A stretch of DNA of 64,000 nucleotides, taken from NCBI RefSeq assembly GCF_009914755.1, contig NC_060926.1, one strand, 5' to 3'. This document shows positions 56,136 through 64,000 of this stretch, piece by piece; the stretch's first letter is position 1, and every line of letters begins with the position of its first letter. The position numbers and the translations under genes are program-made. The notes under the pieces were generated by a model. That model was not told where the DNA came from. It made no database searches and saw nothing but the letters and a program-made list of their open reading frames with translations. This DNA is from the human T2T-CHM13v2.0 reference genome, Homo sapiens.

Positions 56136-57851
56136 GAATTACATTCTTTATAATTTTCTAGATGGTAGCCAAATCATTTTCTATCATCCAAAAAGAATAT
56201 TTCACACCAGTCCTAGTGATGTTTATAAAACTGTGTCAGCACTGCTTGTGGCTCATAGACCTTGTATGATTTTTGAGGTATTTTACATTTGTTTAAAATT
56301 TGTTTTACAGCAGTTATCTTACCTATGCAAGCAAAAGGCCATGGGATTATGGAACAAAAGCAATGAGAAAGAAAGAAAGAAAAAAATAACTGAAAGAGAA
56401 TAGAAAATATATTTACTTTTTTATCAAGTCAAAATTAATGCTAATATGTTGATATATCTGATTTCCATCAAATAAACAAGAAAGTCATTAAACAGAAGTG
56501 ATTATTTACATTCTGGACAGTTTTTAGGAGAAATGTGAGCATATATTAATGCATATTAGCAAAAATACTCATGACTATCAACATTATGTGAAAATCACCT
56601 TCTATAATAAAATAAAGTAAAATAGGGAAGGAGAAGCCATTTCCTTATTCTTTTCTCATTCCTGCTTTGACCTTGGGTTGTACAGTCTTCCTTGACCTTT
56701 CTCACAATGTCTTCCTTTAATCCTGAGTGTGGGACAAGGTTCCCTGCTGTGCCCGTAATGTGCCTGGATACACTCTCTCTCTCCACCACTTTCATCACTC
56801 AGTGTCTCCTAGTTGTCCTCCTACTGATAAGGACAATTCTTCCTTGCCCTCAAAGTTGGAGGGATGAAATCCAATTGGCTGGCTGGATACACATGTTCTC
56901 TATGGATCTAACTGCCTTTACAGATGGATTATAAGGTCTTGATTTAAAGAAGAAAAGTATAAAAATTCATTTGGCCCTCAGTTCCAACGTACTTTTTTCT
57001 GTCCAGGTTTACCAGCATAAAGCTGATATTTTGCTACCAACCATACCCTAGTTTTACCTTTCAAATGATCCAAAAGCATTCAAGAAGGGAGTCGTGATTA
57101 ATTAGAACCCTAAAAATTCCTACTAATAATTTCAATATTATGATAGAGTGCATTAAGTTGAGAGAAAGGAGGATGGGCAGAACAGGGAGGTTACTAAGTA
57201 AAAACAGGGTTTTAAGACTAAACAAAAAATGTATTTCCACAAGATATTTGGCTCCAGTTACTTTATCCTGAGAATTGATGACTTCGATCAGTAACTACTG
57301 TGTTTCTCCCATCTTCTGCCCTTTCAACGTGAATTTTATTGTGTTCATCCTGTTCCTCCTTGTATTGTTTATTGGATGAGGCTGGAAAAAGTATCTTGAG
57401 CCACGGAGCATCATATCCAGATGTGATCACCTCCTTAGTAGCTAGACTTTAAGCTGAAAACCTGAAATGACTGAACCTTGAGTTTAGTTACTAGGGAGGG
57501 GTAAAATTTGCTTATGTGTACCAAAAACAGGTTCTACCATTATTTGAGTGATCAAAGCACCAAGTATGGAGAGGCAGATATTGTCTTCCACCAATAACTC
57601 CTTGTCTCCTTCTTTCCCCTAGTAGTATAATCTCCAACATGTATACATTATGATATGTATACAGGTACCTATAATAAAGGCATTCCCCTATCTTCATCAC
57701 AGGAGTGTTTAGCCAGTGGAGTAAAGTGAAAGTTAGGAGTGTGAGTGCAAAAAAATATTACAGGAAGAAGACGGTACGCCCTTAGTCTGTATCAAGTTTG
57801 GAATTTGGTCTCTTCTGTACTCTGAACCTATGTTTCATTCTTGTAAATAGA

Positions 57852-57925
57852 AAAATATTTTCTATGTATTTTCTAAATATTTCCAGATATTTCTAAAATA
57901 TTTTCTAAATATTTTCTAAATATTT
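57852..57925. repeat. Short degenerate ~11-bp tandem repeat (aaatattttct)
   Basis: About 6 imperfect units seen directly. Confidence 0.7.
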
Positions 57926-58075
57926 GTATATATATGACATGTTATATATATGAATGTGTTCATATATTCATAGACACACATGTGTTCTCTCTATATATAC
58001 ATATACACACGTGTGTATACACACAAAAGAGAGGAAAATACTTACTCTAAAGAAATTAATTTGAAATGATGTGTT

Positions 58076-58217
58076 CTTTTTTTGGTATTTAATTTTTTAA
58101 ATTTTATTATACTTTAAGTTCTGGGGTACATATGCAGAACATGCAGGTTTGTTACATAGGTATACACGTGCCATGGTGGTTTGCTGTACCCATCAACCCG
58201 TCATCTACATTAGGTAT
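58076..58217 (-). mobile_element. Very short L1PA7/8-like 3' end
   Basis: 'ttatactttaagttctggggtacatatgcagaacatgcagg...catcaacccgtcatctacattaggtat'; partial TSD tgaaatgat at 58062-58070 and 58217-58225. Confidence 0.9.
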
Positions 58218-59584
58218 GAAATGATAAACTTTCACACAGTTGGTTGAAGTTCACATAGAAAAATCATTTGAGAAATCTTAATATTCAATTCCTCACATCC
58301 TATTTTTTTATGCATAAGCATTAACCATTAAGATAGATAATATTGAACACAACAGCAAGTCAAGTTAGGATAACAATAAATATATCTAAATAGCACATTT
58401 TAAAAAATATGTGAAATGCCATCAATTCCCTTCATCTGAATTTCATGTCAAAAAATAAATGAGTAATCAATGAAAATTGTTTCTAAACAATCAATAAAAT
58501 TGTTTCTATTTCTAAAACAATAAAGTTATATGTTACCCCTTTCTACTATGGTATAACTTGCCAATCACTACATCTTAAAACTGTGTTTCTCTGTGCAAAA
58601 ATAGGCATGTTTTTATTCTCACACGGTCATACAAATACCTGCTTGCCTGCAGAGGTATATTTTTTTTTAGCATTGCTGTAAGGATCAAATTTTACGTAGT
58701 TATCTTCCAAAAGTAATTTCAAAAAGGTAAATAGAATTGGGGTATGTAAAAAGAGAGAAGTACTTATTAATTTTTTAGAATTGTTTACTAAAGTTATCCT
58801 CAGGTATTAAAAATTGCATTTTATAATTAATTATTGCATTTAGATTATCATGTTTTGAAAAAATAACATAACAGGGTTTTGATCCACTGGTGTACTAGCA
58901 ATTTCCATTATATTGATTGAAAGCTGCCAGATAACTCTATTCTCAGTTACAAGGTGTTGACTGGATCTGAGACTGATGATTTAAATAAATAAAAAGGGAG
59001 AAATTTCTGAGCACAGAATTAGTATCAGAATCAATGAATTATCCTTGCTGGGTATTATTCATTAGCCCTGGAAACACCAGCTTTAGAGTCAGCCATGACA
59101 TTTCTGGAAAAGTTGATAATTTAACCCTTTACCCCAAATTTACATGCTTTCCTTCCCCATTTTACTTCAATATTAAGAGTAGAGATTTCAAATATATTGG
59201 TAATAGTCTGTCCTATTCAGATACACCCATGCTGAGAAATAACATCTTCAAGTCAGTGGCTAAGACGTCGATAACATTCACATTGATTTATCAGTGTTCA
59301 CTTTGCATCAGTACTCCAGCTCTCAAAGCAGGACTCTGTATTAAATGGAAATAAAGAACCTTACTCTGCAGAAAAATCTCATGAGAATTTAAATAAATGG
59401 GTCTCTATGCTTGTCACTCACATAATTTCTTCAGCAATATCACTATAATGTAATTATGTTGAATACGATAATAAAAGAGAGCATTATATAAATACCCACT
59501 TACACACATATGTATAACTTTATCAGACAGTTAAACTATTAAAAGGCAATTGTTTAGTGACATGGAGTAACTGTGTTAAAGGAT

Positions 59585-60052
59585 GTTAAAAATGATTAAG
59601 GTAGTCTGAATACCAGCATTTAGATCCAGTCGTATATATGACAGTAATGTGACTAGGGACATAACAACTAAAATTTTGCAATTTAGATGTCTCCATTGTA
59701 AAATTCAGATTACTGTGCCTTTCTCACACAGTTGTTGCAAGACTTCAATTTAATGGTGTGCTGGTAAATGTGTAACAACCATTTCTCCAGGCAAAAAAAT
59801 TTAAAAAGCCCTGATCTATAGCAGTTGTCAATTTGCAGTGTGTAAATATTCCCACCGTGGCCAATTTCAAGGTATCAGTACGATGTCCCTGAACATGGAG
59901 CTGGGAAGATATGTGCAGAATCAGGTTTCATAAACTGGCATGAGTTGGAAACAGCTCACCACTACTCCCATTGGAAAACATAGATGACAATACTGTGTAC
60001 TATGTCTCACAAAAAGCAGATGCTCACTAAATCTTTGTTGAATGAATGTGTG
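59585..60052 (+). mobile_element. MIR-like relic split by MER63A
   Basis: 'tctccattgtaaaatt...ctcacacagttgttgcaagac' before the insert and 'gatgctcactaaatctttgttgaatgaatg' after it. Confidence 0.55.
59752..59963. mobile_element. MER63A-like hAT MITE
   Basis: TIR-like ends 'tggtgtgctg' ... 'cagctcacca'; 'gtgtaaatattcccaccgtggccaatttcaag'. Confidence 0.8.
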
Positions 60053-60494
60053 TATGAAGAAATCCTGTAGACATTTACTCAGAAAGGAAAAACATAGAAG
60101 GTATTCAGCAGTGTATCAGCTTAATCTAACAATTCTGTAAATCTAGTTTATGATTAAAGTAAAACTTTGGAAAGTACTTAGAGGATTTTCTTTCCCAATT
60201 CCATATTCTTTGGAGGAAAAAAAAAAAGATGACTTAGATAGGAATTTTAATTAAATATGCTGATTATCGAACTTTCTGAGTTCAGTATCATTTCACCAAA
60301 AAGAGAAAAGAATAGTAATAATACAATCAATGCAATGGTCTCAATACAAGCCTATTAGATTCAAGAGCAGGAAAGACAAAATATTAAAAATGACATTGTG
60401 TAGTGTAAGTAATGGGACACAGTATCCCAAACCTAAGTAATGGGACACATATTCTTTCAGGCCAAATTGTATATTATATATGCAAAAGCTTTGC

Positions 60495-61226
<732 letters not shown>

Positions 61227-61861
61227 ACACTGTTGGTGGAAGTGTAAATTAGTTCAACCATTGTGGAAGACAGTGTGGTGATTCCTCAAGGATCTAGAAC
61301 TAGAAATACCATTTGACCCAGCAATCCCATACTGGGTATATACCCAAAGGATTATAAATCATTCTCCTATAAGGAAACATGCTCACGTATGTTTATTGTG
61401 GCACTGTTCACAATAGCAAAGACTTGGAACCAACCCAAATGCCCATCAATGATAGACTGGATAAAGAAAATATGGTGCATATATACCATGGACTACTATG
61501 CAGCCATAAAAAAGGACAAGTTCATGGCCTTTTCAGGGACATGGATGAAGCTGGAAACCATCATTCTCAGCAAACTATCACAAAACAAAAAACCAAACAC
61601 CACATGTTCTCACTCATAAGTGAGAGTTGAGCAATGAGAACACATGCACACAGGGAGGGGAACATCACACACTGGGGCCTGTTGAGGGTGGGGGGTTAGG
61701 GGAGGGATAGCATTAGGAGAAATATCTAATGTAGATGACGGGTTGATGGTTGCAGCAATCCACCATGGCACGTGTATGCCTATGTAAGAAACCTGCACGT
61801 TCTGCACATGTATCTCAGAAATTAAAGTATAATAAAAAAAAAAAAAAAAGAAAGAAAAAGA
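61227..61861 (+). mobile_element. Sense 3' segment and A tail of the same L1PA7-like insertion
   Basis: 'acactgttggtggaagtgtaaattagttcaacc' through 'gtagatgacgggttgatgg...aaagtataataaaaaa'; TSD aaaagccttgc at 61862-61872. Confidence 0.93.
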
Positions 61862-61920
61862 AAAAGCCTTGCAGTGATACTCACTCTTTACTGGCAAGTT
61901 TCTCATTCAAAGATCCACCT

Positions 61921-62201
61921 GGCCGGGCACAGTGACTCACGCCTCTAATCCCAGCACTTTGAGAGGCCAAGGCAGGTGGATCACCTGAGGTCAGGAGTTG
62001 GAGACCAGTCTGGCCAAATGGTGAATCCCCATTTCTACTAAAAATACAAAAATTAGCTGGGCGTGGTGGCAGGCAACTGTAATCCCAGCTACTCAGGAGG
62101 CTGAGGCAGGGAGAATCGCTTGAACCCAGGAGGCGGAAGTTGCAGTGAGCCGAGATGGCATCACTGCACTCCAGCCTGGGCGACAGAGCAAGACTCCATC
62201 T

Positions 62202-62233
<32 letters not shown>
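61921..62233 (+). mobile_element. AluS (Sx-like)
   Basis: Full dimer, 'ggatcacctgaggtcagg', A31 tail. Confidence 0.96.
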
Positions 62234-62237
<4 letters not shown>

Positions 62238-62813
62238 ACATAAGTATATGTGAAAACATATCATCTTATCAGTAGATTCATGGTGACAATGACAACGGGA
62301 AGCCACAGAAGGCCTTTAATAAGCATCATCTGAGGGTGAAAGTTATACAGAGATAGAAAAAACTACAGTCTTGGTGATGGTAATTTTATTACCCAACTCT
62401 AAAGAGAAAACATTACACAGCATATAATGAGAATGGTACTCCTTGTTTATGGACCAAAATTTAACCCCAAAAGCTTTAGCCATAAGTAGGAGGCATATGG
62501 CAAAAATATTTATGAAGTTTATTAACTGATGCAAACCAAAATCTCAATGTTTAGCCATAATCAGATATGGAGGAAAAATGGGGGTTTCTAGGAAGTTCTA
62601 CTGGAAGGCAGGACTTTGACAACCCTTTTCCTGACAATGATGTGATGGGAAATTGGCACCAGAATCAGTCTGGTCATCCTTCACTTCTAATCTTTGAAGA
62701 GAACTTGCTCATCTTTTTAAAACTTGATTGAGCTAATGCATCAAATCATTTTGCTATTTTAATGTAGGCATTAGGCAAGTTGACAGGTAGATCTTAATTA
62801 TCTTTACAAAATC

Positions 62814-63113
<300 letters not shown>

Positions 63114-64000
63114 ATCTTTATATATATATTTTTAAAAATGAAACCTTAATACCAATTGCATAGTATCCTTAGATCAAAGTATAACTTACGAAAAATGGAG
63201 GAGCTAAGGGGAATATAATTTTGTTTAAAGTTTTGGGAGTTTTCATTAATTGATTTTCCTTTTAAATACCCTCCTTTTTTCCTTCCCCAGTATTTTAAGA
63301 ATTATCAAATAATTATCTTTTCCTCTCTTCTTATATTATTTTATAAAATACTTTCTGATGAAAAAAATTCTACTGATTGGTAGTTGCACATTATTAGTTC
63401 ATTTTAAAAGCTTTTATTTTTCTCCTTACATTTATCTGTTCTCAATCCATCTACTGCCAAGTACAGAGAGACTCCAGAGATTAGACTAGATATTTTGAGT
63501 TAATCAAAAATGCATCATTTGGTCCTAACTGTCTGGCAAACTGAAGCATCTGGCTAATAGTATCATTCTGCTAGTATTTTAGATACTAGTGATAAAAATA
63601 TTATGATGTATTTTCATTTTGAAGACAAAAGAATATAAATTGTTAAAATTTTAAATCAAATTATAATGATTCTTTTAGAGTGATTTTACTGATGATGAAT
63701 TGCATAATTTCATTAGAAAGGACTTCTTCCTAATTGCTTTTTATTGTTTGTAGTTATGTTTTGGGAAATGTGATTTCACTCCTGTTATGTTTGCATATAT
63801 GAATTAATGAGCTGAATTATAATAAGCTTCAGTGAACAAAATGAGATACTACATTTCAAGTAATTTTCTTTTCATCATTTTTAGCAAATCATTTGAAAAA
63901 GTTTAGATATAAAACTAACCAATTGTTTTTCTCAGGAAGAGGTCTTAGAATACACTTCTGTAATTGTTTCATCAGGCAAAAACACTATTATGGAAGCTTA

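Noticed and set aside
57852-57925. Regularly spaced short repeats (CRISPR-like?)
   Set aside because: Degenerate tandem minisatellite without unique spacers, in eukaryotic DNA with no cas genes.

Overview
AT-rich primate (human-like) intergenic or deep-intronic DNA, roughly half interspersed repeats. I recognise no host protein-coding gene, rRNA, tRNA or CRISPR array, and almost every ORF in the supplied track is a repeat-derived or chance frame. The main element is an L1PA3-type LINE-1 (30133-35760, 17-bp TSD). Its 5'UTR lacks exactly the segment between the known L1 splice donor (~nt 97) and acceptor (~nt 622), so it is a spliced integrated retrotransposed element (SpIRE). It keeps the ~129-bp ZNF93-binding segment and an open 337-aa ORF1, while ORF2 is dead. 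Also present: a full-length Tigger1 with a nested Alu, a twin-primed 5'-inverted L1, a trimeric Alu, an Alu with a poly(C) tail, MaLR and MER21 LTRs, hAT/Tigger MITEs, MIR/L2/L3 relics, a young-looking fold-back inverted duplication, and candidate non-coding exons on both strands. I found no evidence of a new biological system. The best leads are uncommon instances of known mechanisms and unverified lncRNA-type exons. Repeat subfamily calls come from remembered consensus sequences and need RepeatMasker/Dfam confirmation.
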